Assembly: GCF_030684315.1 (NCBI RefSeq) | Contig: NC_081367.1 | Coordinates: forward strand, 42,195,973 to 42,259,852 | Source: Stegostoma tigrinum | Lineage: Eukaryota | Direction: 5' to 3' | DNA length: 63,880 bases | Part shown: one piece after another, positions 12,247-24,829 of the stretch | How the letters are laid out: each line of letters opens with the position of its first letter | Position numbering within the stretch: position 1 is the stretch's first letter | Made by a program: the position numbers and the translations under genes | Notes under the pieces: generated by a model | What the model was told of the DNA's origin: nothing | Database searches by the model: none | Seen by the model: only the letters and a program-made list of their open reading frames with translations

Positions 12247-13484
12247 AGTGAGAAGACAAAGGATTGTTTAGCCTATTCCCTAAAGAACATGGCCTCACCC
12301 TTGCTATAATTCATTTTAGCTCCCAAAGCTAGTTTGAAGTGGACACAAGTGCCCATCATTTGGAAATCAACATCAGATCTGAGCAGCAGATTTGTACCAT
12401 TTTCCATGTACAATGGTTGGATCCTGCCACAATGTTTTGCAACACTCCAGTTTGTTCAATTGTGCTGTATGCTGTCAGATGATTTCCTGTGTCAAATCAC
12501 AAACTTATTTGGCAGAATGCCTCATCACCAGAACTTTCAAACATGTACCAAGATCAAGTTTGGCTGGTGGTGAACAGAGTCCTCCTTTCGGGTCCTTCCT
12601 GCACTCTCACCCTGCTCTCAAGATGACTATGGTAGGGAACAGACTATTGTCCAACTCCTTTTGGAATGTGTTTTTGCAGAGCGGGTCTGAAAACAAGTCC
12701 AAAGGTTTTTACGAGGTTTATCCCAAACAATTCCAAAACATACAACTCTGTTATTTATGGCTTATTTCTAATGATGCATGCCTCTGTCTCTCTTTTTCTC
12801 TCTATCTCTTTCTCCATCATCCAGGGAGCTCCAGCTTTGACTGCTCCACGTTTCCCTTCAGAGGAATATACTTTGACTCTATTTGAATCATCACTTCTCT
12901 AAAGGCAAACCATTTTGCTGAAAGATTGAATGGAAAAGCCAAAGGTTACAATAGGACATATTGCTGCAACAAATCCCATAGCATTAATTGAATGCACTGT
13001 AAAGAAAGGTCTTGAAACAGCATTACATAAAGCAGGATGAAAAAATTCAAAACTAAGCAAGGGTTCGTTATAAACATCAACTGACAGGATTGAACTCAAC
13101 CCCCATTCTCAACATCTAAGCAGTTTTTGTCCTGAATTCGGAAATATTACCTGCTGATATTTAAAAATAGCTCTGTCAAAGCGAGGTGATTAGCCCATGC
13201 TATGAGCGCATTAACAGTCACATTTTCTAATTTAAAAAAAACATGCTATAAAAATACTTCAATCACAGTGAAGCATTTGAGGTGATCTGCAGCCATGGAA
13301 GACTGTGTAAATGTAAATTATGAAATGTTTAATAGAAACTAATGATAATCATGTAATTAGTAGAATTGTCGGCAACAAAATTAGATATTTTAAGGGTGAA
13401 TTCTCTGAAAAAGAGCAGCTTCATCCATCACATGACCAACATTCTATTTCTGTGAATTATAAGCTGTTTATTTTCATAATCAAC

Positions 13485-14316
13485 ATGGATCTTGATCAGA
13501 TGGGCCAATGGGCCAAGGAGTGGCAGATGGAGTTTAATTTAGATCAATCTGAGGTGCTGCATTTTGGAAAGGCAAATCAGAAGAGGACTTACACACTTAA
13601 TGGTAAGGTTCTGGGGAGCGTTGCTGAACAAACAGACCTTGGAGGGCTTGAAGGTGGAGTTGTGGGTAGATAGGATAGTGAAGAAGGCATTTGGTATGTT
13701 TGCCTTTATTGGTCAGTGCGTTGAGTATAAGAGTTGGGAGGTTATGTTGTGGCAGTGCAGGACATCGGTACAGTCACATTTGAAGTATTGTGTGCTATTC
13801 TGGACTCCCTGCTGTAGAAAGATGTTGTGAAACTAGAAAGGGTTCAGAAAAGATTTACAAGGATGTTGCCAGGGTTGGAGGGTTTGAGTTATAGGAAGAG
13901 GCTGAATATACTGGGGCTATTTTCCCTGGAGCACAAAGGCTGAGTGGTGACCTTATAGAAGTTTATAAAATCATGAGGGTCATGAACAGGGTACATAGGC
14001 AAGATATTTTTCTTAGGGTGGAGGAGTCCAAAACTAGAGGGTATAGGTTTAAGGTCAGAGGGAAAAGATATAAAAGGGACCAAAGGGGCAACATTTTCCA
14101 GCAGAAGGTGGTACATGTTTGGAATGAGCTGCCAGAGGAAACTGTACAATTACAACATTTAAAAGGCATCTGGGCTGGGTATATGAGCAGGAAGGGTTTA
14201 GAGGAATATGTGCCAAATGCTGGCAGATGGGACTAGATTTATACAAGATGTCTGGTCAGCATAGATGCGTTGGACCGAAGGGTCTGTTTCTGTGCTGTAC
14301 CTCTCCATCGCTCTCT
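13485..14316 (+). mobile_element. CR1 LINE 3' fragment (RT C-terminus and 3' UTR)
   Basis: DLDQMGQWAKEWQMEFN..EVLHFGK, HLKYCV.FW.P, ESKTRGYRFKV; frameshifted; CR1-type 3' tail. Confidence 0.92.
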
Positions 14317-14467
14317 GAGTTGAATAGAATTTGAAATGTGGTAATGATTTTAACAGTTCATTTTCTAGTATAACCTCTATTACCAGTTCATGTACTCTAT
14401 TGAAATGTTGTCCTTGATATGCTGAGGGTTTAGATACTTTAAGAAATAAGTATGACTTGATTAGCAT

Positions 14468-14544
14468 CCGAAACGTCAGCTTTCCTGTTCCTAAGATGCT
14501 GCTTGGCCTGCTGTGTTCTTCCAGCTCTACACCTTGTTACCTCA
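14468..14544 (+). mobile_element. Family A PLE end fragment starting within the hammerhead core
   Basis: CCGAAACGTCAGCTTTCCTGTTCCTAAGATGCTGCTTGGCCTGCTGTGTT... Confidence 0.75.
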
Positions 14545-14979
14545 TTTGAGTTACTCAGCTAATTGCGCTGAATACAAATTGCAGATTATTTTAACTCAAC
14601 AGCTTTTGACATGCCCATCTTGTCACACCCATTTTCAAATTGCCTGAACACGTTCAACAATCATTTTTGAAGGTTGGGTAAGTCTATAAAGTATAAATAA
14701 AGGGTAGAATAGGTGCTGTTATTGTCAATAGGTGGCGCCCTTTCACCGCATCCAAGTATTCAGGAAATAATGGCAAAATCCAAGTTGACCTCGTGATTCC
14801 AACTTATGTAAGATGGGCGTGAAATCGAACGATCAATCATTTAACTTCACACATTGATGTTTCTTATTGATTTAAATTTGGCAGCTCCAGACCTTTGTAT
14901 GAAGTGATGTTTTCAATCAGGAGAAAATGCTGCATTCAGAAATAGTGAAAAAAAATCAATGGAAAAAATAAACGGATTT

Positions 14980-15890
14980 TAGAATCACAGAATAGTTATA
15001 AAGCAGGTGGCCGGTCAGCTCACAATGTCCATACTGCTTCCCGAAGGAACAATTCACCTAGTTCCACACCCCATCTTCTCCCTGTAGGCCGGCTCACTGT
15101 TTCACTTCAGATAATAATTCAATTCCCACTTAAATGCCTCAACCGAATCTGGCTCCATTATATTTGCAGGTAATGTATTTCCAGATCCTAACCATTCTCT
15201 GCTTGAAAAAGCTTTTCCCCATATCACTATTACTTCTTTTGCTAATAGACCTACATTTGTGGCTGCTTCTGTATCCTATAACCACCGAACAGTTTCCGCA
15301 TCTCTATGTTGTCCAGGTTCCTTGTGATTTTGAATCGCTCTATCAGATCTGCTCTCAGCCTTCCCTCCTCCAAGGAGAACAGAGCCAACTTTTCCAATCT
15401 ATCTCCATCACCACTTCACAAAATGGAGGTCAGGATCCTAAGTGCAGTCGTGAGCTGAAATTTTGGTGCTGGAAGCTTCAAGGCAGTGATAGTTAGTGTG
15501 GAGTTCCACGCCCTTGCCCCCTCAAACAAGTATTTTCTCCTCTAACACCCAAATCTAAGTGCTCGCTGAAGGCTGATGACAATTTTCAAACCTTGAAATG
15601 GATTAATGTTGGGATTTCTTTGGATTATATGACCCAATAAAAAAAATCCACTTGATTTATTCACCACTCTTAGCACATTGTGCCATTTTCAATGGCTTGT
15701 GCGCATATACCCCCAGGTCTCTCAGCTGCTGCACCCCATTTAGAATTGAGCCTTTTATATTGCATCTTCTTCTTCCTATCAAAATGAATCATGTCTCACT
15801 TCTCTACATTAAATTTCACCTGCCACTTGGCTGCCCATTCAACCAATATTTCTTCAAAGCCCTTTGGAATTCTACACAATCCTCCTCACA
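14980..15890 (-). mobile_element. Degraded CR1 LINE 3' pieces (~14980-15410, ~15655-15890)
   Basis: Antisense CR1 motifs, e.g. TTAAATTTCACCTGCCACTT = W-Q-V-K-F-N on minus; AGAATCACAGAAT tail. Confidence 0.6.
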
Positions 15891-16034
15891 GCCCGCTTCC
15901 AATTATGGGTGTCGTCTGCTCAGTTCACTATGATATAAGTAATTAATGCATTTCAGGAAGAGCAGAGGTCCAAACATTAACCTTTCAGAGTTCCACTGTA
16001 AACCTTCTTTCATACTGAAAAACATCTGCAAACC

Positions 16035-16640
16035 AAGATAACAAAGTGTGGAGCTGGATGAACACAGCAGGCCAAGCAGCATCTTAGGAATACAGAAGCT
16101 GGCGTTTCGGGCCTAGACCCTTCATCAGAAAAGGGGGGTGGGGAGAGGATTCTGAAATAAATAGGGAGAGAGGGGGAGGCGGATGGAAGATGGATAGAGG
16201 AGAAGATAGGTGGAGAGGAGAGTATAGGTGGAGAGGTAGGGAGGGGATAGGTCAATCCGGGGGGGGGGGGGGATGAAGGTTAGTAGGTAGGAAATAGAGG
16301 TGCGGCTTGAGGTGGGAGGAGGGGATAGGTGAGAGGAAGAACAGGTTTGGCAGGCTGGAATGAGCTGGGCTGGTTTTGGGATGCAGTGGGGGGAGGGCAG
16401 ATTTTGAAGCTTGTGAAATCCACATTGATACCATTGGGCTGCAGGGTTCCCAAGCAGAATATGAATTGTTGTTCCTGCAACCTTTGGGTGGCGTCATTGT
16501 GGCACTGCAGGAGGCCCAGGATGAACATGTCGTCTGAGGAATGGGAGGGGGAGTTGAAATGGTTCATGACTGGGAGGTGCAGTTGTTTACTGCGAACCGA
16601 GCATAGGTGTTCTGCAAAGCGGTCCCCAAGCCTCTGCTTT
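16035..16640 (-). mobile_element. Penelope-like element 3' end: GIY-YIG C-terminus, pyrimidine tract, hammerhead and family A terminal repeat
   Basis: ORF 16654-16280 reads RLGDRFAEHL..LPVMNHFNSPSHS..ILGL..EQQFIFCLGTLQPNGINVDF, contiguous with the family A repeat. Confidence 0.9.
16098..16128 (-). ncRNA. Minimal hammerhead-ribozyme-like core (family A; cleavage triplet mutated GUC>GCC)
   Basis: CUGAUGA-A-GGGU(CUAG)GCCC-GAAA-CGCC. Helix I is weak. Confidence 0.6.
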
Positions 16641-17473
16641 CTGCTCCCTGTCACTTAGAAAATTTTGTGGCCACATCTCCTTTATTCTATGAGCTCTAAC
16701 TTTGGTCGTAGGTCTGTCACACAACTTAACTGAATGCCTTTTAGAACTTCATGTGCAGCACACCAACAACGTAACCCTTCTGAATACTCATTGTTAACTT
16801 CTCAAGAATACAAGCAAGTTGGTTAAATATGATACACCCTTAAGAAATATGGGATGGCTTTTCTTTTGCATATTGGGCCACATGGCTATTAATTTTGCCC
16901 TGCGCTATAAATTAGTTTGTGTAAAATTGTAAAAGCACTGGTATTTCTGTAAGAGGTACAATATTATAATGAAGATTGCCATCCAAGTAATTCAATGGAG
17001 AGTCAGACTTTGTCTGGAATCTTGCCACTGTTGGGTTGCAACAGAAATAGTCCATTCCAAATCATAATCAACGGCAAAAAATATTGGTTGGTTGGTTGCC
17101 AACAAATTTACACAAAGAATTTGATCAATCATTTTATGCAATAATACATCTGAACAATAAAACTAAGACAATTATAAGTGAGAAAGGGATGAGTAGCAAA
17201 CCAGCCTTTCTGAGTACACCTTCAAGGAATAAATAACTGGCAAGATGTAAGTCGATTATCTATCTGGAGACTGAAAACCAGAGGCGGAATGAAAGTAGAA
17301 TATCCCATCCCTTCGCTACAACGTTTCATAAACGCAATCAGTGTAATAAATCTGAAATCTCCCAAAGACAGATGATGTGATAGTCTAACTAATGATGGTT
17401 ACCTTGTCACTCTAGTTTCTCCGCAGGCAACTCATCACGAATTTGAGGCTGGGGATCAGTGGACAAGATTTCT

Positions 17474-17492
17474 GACTGCAGGTGGCAGCGCA
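17474..17492 (+). promoter_or_regulatory. CTCF-like motif upstream of FAM43A
   Basis: GACTGCAGGTGGCAGCGCA resembles the CTCF core; it sits at the edge of the CpG-rich region. Confidence 0.35.
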
Positions 17493-17939
17493 GCCAAGTC
17501 GTGGCCTAACATCCTTCAGCAGAGCTCAGTGGAACGGGATCAAGAACAGGGACCTCGATCGACTCATCCCGTGTATGGCTTACGCCAGGCAACAGCGTTT
17601 GCAGCTCCAGTCGGGGATCAGCTAGAACAGGCCATTTTGCCGATGCTAAGCGGCACGAAGCCATAGCGACATTCCCCCCTCCCTCCCCCACCCCAATAGG
17701 AACTCTGTGCAACCTAGTGTTGGAATCCGAGTTCCTCCCCTTTTCGTTCCGTTTAGGAGCATAACGTTATTGTGAGCAATTCACACGCTGTACTCCCAAA
17801 TGGACCTACTCCATTCAAATACTTCGATGAACTGAAACATGCCTTTGGTGTTGACAGTGTTGCGAATATTGTTGCACGTTAATCGTGTTAAAACGCCAAG
17901 TGCGATTTGCAATTTAAAAAATAGAATGATTGTGTCTTG

Positions 17940-18070
17940 TTTTGGGGATAAATCAAGTCATAACTTCCTCTGATGTGAGTGTTGCTCCTCCCCGCTTCAG
18001 TGACTGGATGGTTCACTCCGGTCTATATTTACATCTCAGCCTGGGACTGTATCAACTTAACATCGAGTCA
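17940..18070 (+). promoter_or_regulatory. Putative FAM43A core promoter (TATA-like CTATATTTA ~18023-18031) within CpG-rich domain ~17480-19800
   Basis: TATA-like box ~210 nt upstream of the ATG; ETS-like ACTTCCT and CTCCTCCCGC upstream of it. Confidence 0.45.
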
Positions 18071-18081
18071 GTGTTGGAAAC

Positions 18082-18208
18082 ATGAGCAGTGCAGGAGACC
18101 TGAAGGCAGCCAGTGATCGGAACAGCGAGAGCAAGCCGGCCAGGACACCGTGAGCAATGGACAATGATCGGGACTGGCGCTGATTACCCGATCGTCCCCA
18201 GATTTTAA
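18082..18208 (+). other. Three upstream ORFs in the putative FAM43A 5' leader (18082-18153, 18157-18183, 18164-18208)
   Basis: ATG-to-stop frames read directly; they depend on the TSS lying upstream of 18082. Confidence 0.55.
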
Positions 18209-18233
18209 CAACCCAAATCTCCCAATACCAGCG

Positions 18234-19301
18234 ATGTTACCTTGGAAGAAAAACAAATTGGATTTGGTCGAGAAGCGGCAGCCGAAACAGCTCGGTTACT
18301 CGGTGAGTTTGAACTACAGCAGCCTGACTTCCTTCACCCGTGCGTGTCCGGACCTGGTGACGGAGAGCGCTCTCAATCGAGTCTGCAGCATGTTTAAATC
18401 CCGGAGGAGGAAGATCACCATCACTGGGGAAGATCCCACCTATACAGTCTTATACCTCGGCAATGCCACCACCATCCAGTCCAAAGGGGAAGGCTGCGCC
18501 GATGTGGCCGTGACCAAAATCTGGTCCAAAAGTGAACAGGGTAAAAACAGCACCAAGATGAAGCTGACCATCAGCTCTCAAGGAATCCGCATGGTCCATG
18601 TAGACAGCAAGGCGAAGAGACCGGGCCATCTCTACCTTTTGCATCGGATCACCTACTGCGTGGCGGACCCCAGATCGCCCAGAATCTTCGCCTGGATCTA
18701 CCGGCACGAACTGAAGCATAAGGCGGTCATGTTGAGATGCCATGCCGTGCTGGTCTCCAAAGCCGAGAAGGCGAAGGCGATGGCCCTGCTCCTGTACCAG
18801 ACCTCCAGTAACGCCCTGGCCGAGTTTAAGAGACTCAAGAGGAGGGACGATGCCAGGCACCAGCAGCAGAAACTGATCGGCGAGCAGACCATCCCCCTGG
18901 TGCCCCTCAGGAAGCTGATGAACGGCCAGTGCAGCTACAAGCCCCCGGTGGAAAGGAGCCGGAGTGCCCCGAAGCTGGGCTCCATCACTGAGGACCTGGT
19001 GGGAGAGCAGCTGGAAGAGAAAGCTGAACTGGAGCTGAGTCTGGAGTACGAGGACATTCTGGACACTGCGGAAGCGTCGGAAAGAAACGAGCAACAGGAC
19101 CTTTGTGAAATGATCAGTGATCTGGGGCAGCTGACTATAGGGAATGACGTCCAGTTACTGAGAGCTGACCTGAGAGTGACCAGGTTACTGTCTGGGGAAA
19201 GTACTAGCAGCGAGTCATCCCTGGGAAGTGGGGCGAGTGATCAAGAGCCAGTGATGGCAACGGATGGCAGTGAAGACGGCGACCTGCAAGAATTGGGATA
19301 A
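18234..19301 (+). CDS. FAM43A: Protein FAM43A (PTB/PID-domain protein), single coding exon, 355 aa
   Basis: MLPWKK.., EDPTYTVLYLGNATTIQ, RHELKHKAVMLRCHAVLVSK, ALAEFKRLKRRDDARHQQQ and KPPVERSRSAPKLGSITEDL match FAM43A. Adjacency to LSG1 favours A over FAM43B. Confidence 0.96.
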   Translation: MLPWKKNKLDLVEKRQPKQLGYSVSLNYSSLTSFTRACPDLVTESALNRVCSMFKSRRRKITITGEDPTYTVLYLGNATTIQSKGEGCADVAVTKIWSKSEQGKNSTKMKLTISSQGIRMVHVDSKAKRPGHLYLLHRITYCVADPRSPRIFAWIYRHELKHKAVMLRCHAVLVSKAEKAKAMALLLYQTSSNALAEFKRLKRRDDARHQQQKLIGEQTIPLVPLRKLMNGQCSYKPPVERSRSAPKLGSITEDLVGEQLEEKAELELSLEYEDILDTAEASERNEQQDLCEMISDLGQLTIGNDVQLLRADLRVTRLLSGESTSSESSLGSGASDQEPVMATDGSEDGDLQELG

Positions 19302-22208
19302 TTGTGCAATTGCTTCAAGTTTTCTTTGCGGTCGGCCTCCCATCACAAGTCGAACTGTCGGTGTAACTCTCCCGTCACACTCCCCATTTCACCATTACTC
19401 TAACAATAAGATGCTAAACGAGAAAAAACACACAACTGTGTGCAGTGAGGAGAAAGGACGTGAACAGAACAGACCTTTTTTTTAAAAAAAAAGAGCACTA
19501 CCCGGCTTACGATTTGCGTCGACTTTAATCGTTCCCTTAATCAGTAAGTGGAGGGTTTAACATTTAGAAATGGAAGTTGCGATTTGTACGGGCCGGTTTT
19601 GTACCTGTTTACAAGAAACTTCCCGTGGAAGTGGCGACAGCGGCGCTGTCTTTTAAGGACACGCTTGAAACTGACCAGGAGCTGCTGCAGCTCTCTGCGC
19701 CCCATTCACTGCAGCGCTCACACAGTGGCTGCTCTTGGTCACTTCAGCATTAACCTCCCTCTCCTCACCCATCTCCCTCCAAGCCACAACTGCAGCTTGT
19801 AAAGGGACGGGGCAACAGCGCAGTGTGATGCCTGGGCAGTATTTCAATAACATGACTGGCCGATAAAATAGAAACAAATGGGTCATCGTTATCAAAAGTT
19901 CTGCCATACTTGGATAGAGTAGTTGGCTGGTCTTAGCCGTGCGAAGTGAAACAACATATTTTGGCAAATCAACACTTTCCAATTGTAACCACTTCCGACA
20001 CTGAAATCATGTGGTCAGATCTGACGGATCATACCTCATTTTGAGAACTTTATTTCTCGCACCTTTTGGTTTCAGAACCTGGAACTTATTGACTTGCTCC
20101 TCAGATCTAATTTGATCTGACTTTGTCTAGGGGTGACTGAAATGTATTCAGCACTATTTTGACTCAGGTCGTGTCCTGGTGTCCCGAGCATCTATCTTAA
20201 GCTTGAGTTAGGAGCCTACCTCCTATTTAATGTTTCTGTCAAAAATCAGGCAGCACTGCAGAATTTCTGACTGGTTTTAGCAGAACTATTTGCTATCAAA
20301 GCAGTGTTTTTGGGGGAGCATCTGGAGGTTACCAATACTAAGACAAACAAATTTGTTTTTACTTAATGTGGAGCCAGGAGAAGCAGGAATGTAACTCCTC
20401 ATTCAAAACTGTTGAAGGCTGCTGCCACATTCCTTTACCTGATCCTTTTCACCTCCATCCTTAGATCTATTGGAAATGCTGTTCCTGACCTCAGAGCTGA
20501 CCAGTCTTGCTCTGGGTTGGGCTGGACTGGTGAACTTTATTGGAATGCCCAGTTGTCACTTGGAGATCACCGATTTTGTGGCAGTGAAACCAAGGACCAA
20601 TTCCCACTAAATCACGTGCTGTCTTCTTAGGGCTTTCATGTTACAGTCAAACTATGTGTCCTGTGTTTGTATTCAGGCATGAACAATTTCTTCCCCAAAG
20701 AACATATTTCAGCTATGATCGTAGCTATTATCTAATGTTCTGCTATTTCATTATTTTCACTTGCAACAGTGTCAATTGTTCAGGAAAATCTGAATGACAA
20801 TTTAATTTATTTTCTGTCTGTCCTGTCTTCAATGTTTGTTTCATTTCCGCAGTCAGTTCTTCATTTTTAGTTTTAATGCCTTCATGACGGCTTGATCTTT
20901 TGAAATATTAATGGTTACTTTCCCTCTCATGTCTTTGCCTTTCATCTGATTTCCCTTAAGTGCTGATGGAAGAAGTTGTTGATTTGAGTTTTCAAAATCT
21001 CAAGCTTCCCTCAGATACACACCAAAGTTATACATAAAAAATCATGTTCCCTGATTTTTCTATTTGGAAACATTATGATTTGAGACTCCTGGCAAGTCCC
21101 AGTAAAGGCTATTGATTCAGAATGAGACCTTTGAAATCTGTTGAAAGATATTTTGTGTTAAATACACCTTTTGTAGACTGAACAACATGTTTACATACAT
21201 GAACACTTCTTATCCAATCCAACCACTTTGATTTCAGAAATCTAGAATAAATGTTAAAATCAGAAGGGAAACCAAATAATGCCTTTTGAAAGAGGACACA
21301 TCTAGTATCTTATGCATACTTTGTGAATGAACAGTCATAAGTTTAAAATAATGAGACATTCTATATTATAGTATCAATTTAACATAAAGGTCAGCACTGT
21401 GAAAGTAATTACTGCACTATTAGGAACTTCTGCCACTTAGATTAGCGGCTCCACAAATTATATTGATTCTCAAAGATATCTAATTAACACCCAACATTTT
21501 TGCCACAGAGGTACAGTAATCTGGTAAAATGAAGTTAGGAGTCACAGTCAATGCTGAAGAAAAAGATGTAATGTCTTCTTAACAGACCATAGAGTTAATG
21601 TTGACTTTGGGTGATAGTGTAAAATGGCTGACAATGAATTATCATTACGCTGACTGTAACGTCAATAGAAATAAAAGATCATGACAGCTGAAAATTTGGC
21701 TGCCAATTTGCTGTCACCCATTTTTTATTATTGCAACTTAATCAGAGTGTGTTACGATAAAGAGAAACAATCTGTATTACATTGAAGTTGCTATTGGATT
21801 TGACTAAATATTTTCCCATCAATGTATAGAATGGATTTCTTGCATTTGTAATTTCTCATTGTGGAATGAACACAATTTTTCACATTCAGTTAAATAACAT
21901 GGTTATTTGTCTTAAGTTTTTGTTTACAACCTCTTGATTGAGTCTCAGAATTTATTCTTGCCTATTACACTCTGTGGATTGTATATTGCACTGTTGTGAC
22001 TTCTTAACCAGTGTTTAATTGTCTGTAAATAGTTTGTCATCAGATATAATATCATTTCTTTGCTGTGCAAATGAAAGATGCAGCAAGCATTGGGTGTCCT
22101 AACTGTACTGTACATACTGAATGTAAATCTGTACAAGCAAGATAGATGTTATTTTTTGAATATTTGATGAAAAAGTGTCCATAATTTTTTGTTGACAAAA
22201 ACTCTAAC

Positions 22209-22214
22209 AATAAA
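22209..22214 (+). terminator. Candidate FAM43A polyadenylation signal AATAAA
   Basis: Follows a cluster of typical 3'UTR motifs at the end of a repeat-free tract. Alternative AATAAA sites at ~21246 and ~21670. Confidence 0.4.
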
Positions 22215-22761
22215 GTCAGTGTAAACAATGGGATGTACTAGAATTTTAAGGTATACTTCTAGTGTGCGTAACTGTATCAAGATGTACAAATAATGATAGC
22301 ATTATGCTATTGTAAAGTAGGAAAAAGATTTGCAAACTAAATTTCGTTAACTTAGACATGTACCTTCTGGACTGACCTGATTTCTTATGGACTTATTATA
22401 ATCTTGTCCTTCTCGGCTAAGACTCCATATATGTTTTGATCTTAACAACTGATGTATAGTGGAAACAGCTGGGAATGTTAGCCAAATACACATTGAAGCA
22501 ATTCACAATATCCTTGGATTTTTAGTGATGATTTGTTTTGATATCAGAAATACCAGATTTTGTATAGGCTGAATTTCCTATCATGAATTCAGATACTGAG
22601 AAAGGTTGATGCCAGTCTGAAAGACATATATACCAGGGGCGTGATATTGTGCACAGCAAAATGACTTGATCTCATAAAAGCGCATATTGTATTAATGGAA
22701 GTCAACTACATCGTTATAAGCAATTCAAACTGAACTTGTTCCCTAGCGCTCAAGTGATATC

Positions 22762-22840
22762 ATCAGCCATGATTTAAATGGCGGAGTGGACTTGATGGGC
22801 TGAATGGCCTTACTTCCACTCCTATGTCTTATGGTCTTAC
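22762..22840 (+). mobile_element. Short CR1 3' tail
   Basis: TCAGCCATGATT..GATGGGCTGAATGGCC..CTCCTATGTCTTATGGTCTTA. Confidence 0.65.
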
Positions 22841-24829
22841 GGACGTACAATATATTTTATTTCAATCTGCATTCAGATGATTTAACCTGACACATTTTGA
22901 TGAAAAATGATTTTAGTTAAAAGTTACACATCTTCAGCTTTTTCTTTTTGAAATCTTATAGGCAAAGTATAGCTCATCACATTAACTGATTAATTGCAGC
23001 TTATCATGAACCAGCCCAGCCTAAAATACGGCATGTAAAATATATTGTCAATTGGATCACCAGAAAGTGGCATTGAAATACATTAAGTTTTGAAACCTAA
23101 ACATGCCAGAGAAAAAAAACAGGATTAAAGATAATAGCCAGTTCCATCTGTCATGTGGCAGTAACAGATGGTACTTCAAACACAACAATTTAGTCCTGAG
23201 AAAACATGCCGTCAGTGTTTTTGGAAGTATTTAAAGTCTTCTTGTCGTGTACAATCAATGTTGTGTGCACTCAGACCTCTTTGTTTCTGCAGTTGCTCAG
23301 TGCTTGTATTTATCATCGCTCTCATCTTTACAATGATCTACTTCAGGGCTGAGATGTCAGAATATATTGGAGCAAACACAACCAGGAGGTAGTGAAGTGT
23401 TCATGTTAGGTAGCACACAAAGAAGGGGAGTGGAGAAGATGATTCATCTGCTAATTCCCCTTCTCTTTCTTCCTATGGAGGATTATCTGCCTTTTACACT
23501 CAATATTCTATTATATATTTCTGTGGTATTTCATGTTCATATTATACAATTTTAAACAGATTTAGTAAAATTGGGTTGTTTATTTTCTTTTTGAACTTCC
23601 AAGAGCGATAACATCAACCTCCCCAAGAACAGTGTAGAGATGTGGCATCTCACATGATGATTGGATTCAATTGGATTTAGTCCCACGTAAATGTAAAATT
23701 GATTTATTGTACTACATCATGATTTTGAATTTAAAGAACAACTTTCTGCTTTGTACAATCATAACATCAGTGAACATTCCATTTTATTATACTGATAAAA
23801 TGACCCTCGCCGCTGCTGGGAGTTAGATCAATTCACCAAGGCAATTTTTCTCTGGAAAGCTGCCTTAGTTAATATTCGTTTCATTGTTGTCCCCTACTCC
23901 AAACATACACATTTTGTCTTCCATGTTTCACAATGTTCTAATGGCAGTATTGATTCTTTACAGTTTTTAGCACAAACAATAGGAATGGCATTTGCAAAGT
24001 GAAATTAACTGGCAGTTCCAGTCAACAGAGTTCTATTTAGCTATCAACCTGGGACAGATATTTAAAAATATTTTAAATACATTTACCTGTACCCACTTAC
24101 GATCAAATTTAAAAATATGAAACCTAAAGGTTTGACAGTACAACTCCAAAACATGGTTTATTATTGCCAACTGAAGAGCCATGGGTAACTTACATTTTCA
24201 TTACCTTGAATCTTGACTTTGCTTTTTCTTGTAAGCATTTAATAGCCATTAGATTCTTAATGTTTAATCACATTGGAGACATTGTCGTTCAATCTTGAAA
24301 ATGTTTTAACATTCTGCCGAAACTGTCAGTTGTTCTACATCCATGAACATGAAGTAATTGACCTTGTGAAAATTTGATTCTTATACAGATGTTTCCCATT
24401 CAGTCTGCGAAAATCCTGTTAAGCACAATATTGCAGTGCATATCGGTAAACAAAGGTGACATGCCATCCATTTACTTTCCATTTCACAACATTGATTACT
24501 GATACCAGTATTTTTAATTCCTGTTAAAAGCATCATTTTTTTTCAATCAAGAGCATTCATACCTGATAGGAACTCAGCTTTTTAAAATCTTAAATGCAGA
24601 TTTGGAGGATAAGTTTCTTTGTTTTTGATAGAGATTCAGTATCAGCACTCATTTTAAAATAGAAGGTAAATAGAATTATATAAGATCAATATTATGATTG
24701 TTTCTTTTAATGAGATCTAGATAGAAACAACAGCTAGGGAAGAAATGTTGACATTTCAAGAGTTTTCAGTTTATGATAGCCTGTGCAGATGTCAAAAGTG
24801 GCAGATCATTCTTGAACAGTGGAAATGAT

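Noticed and set aside
18450-19094. 214 aa antisense ORF over FAM43A
   Set aside because: A shadow of GC-rich codon usage on the sense gene.
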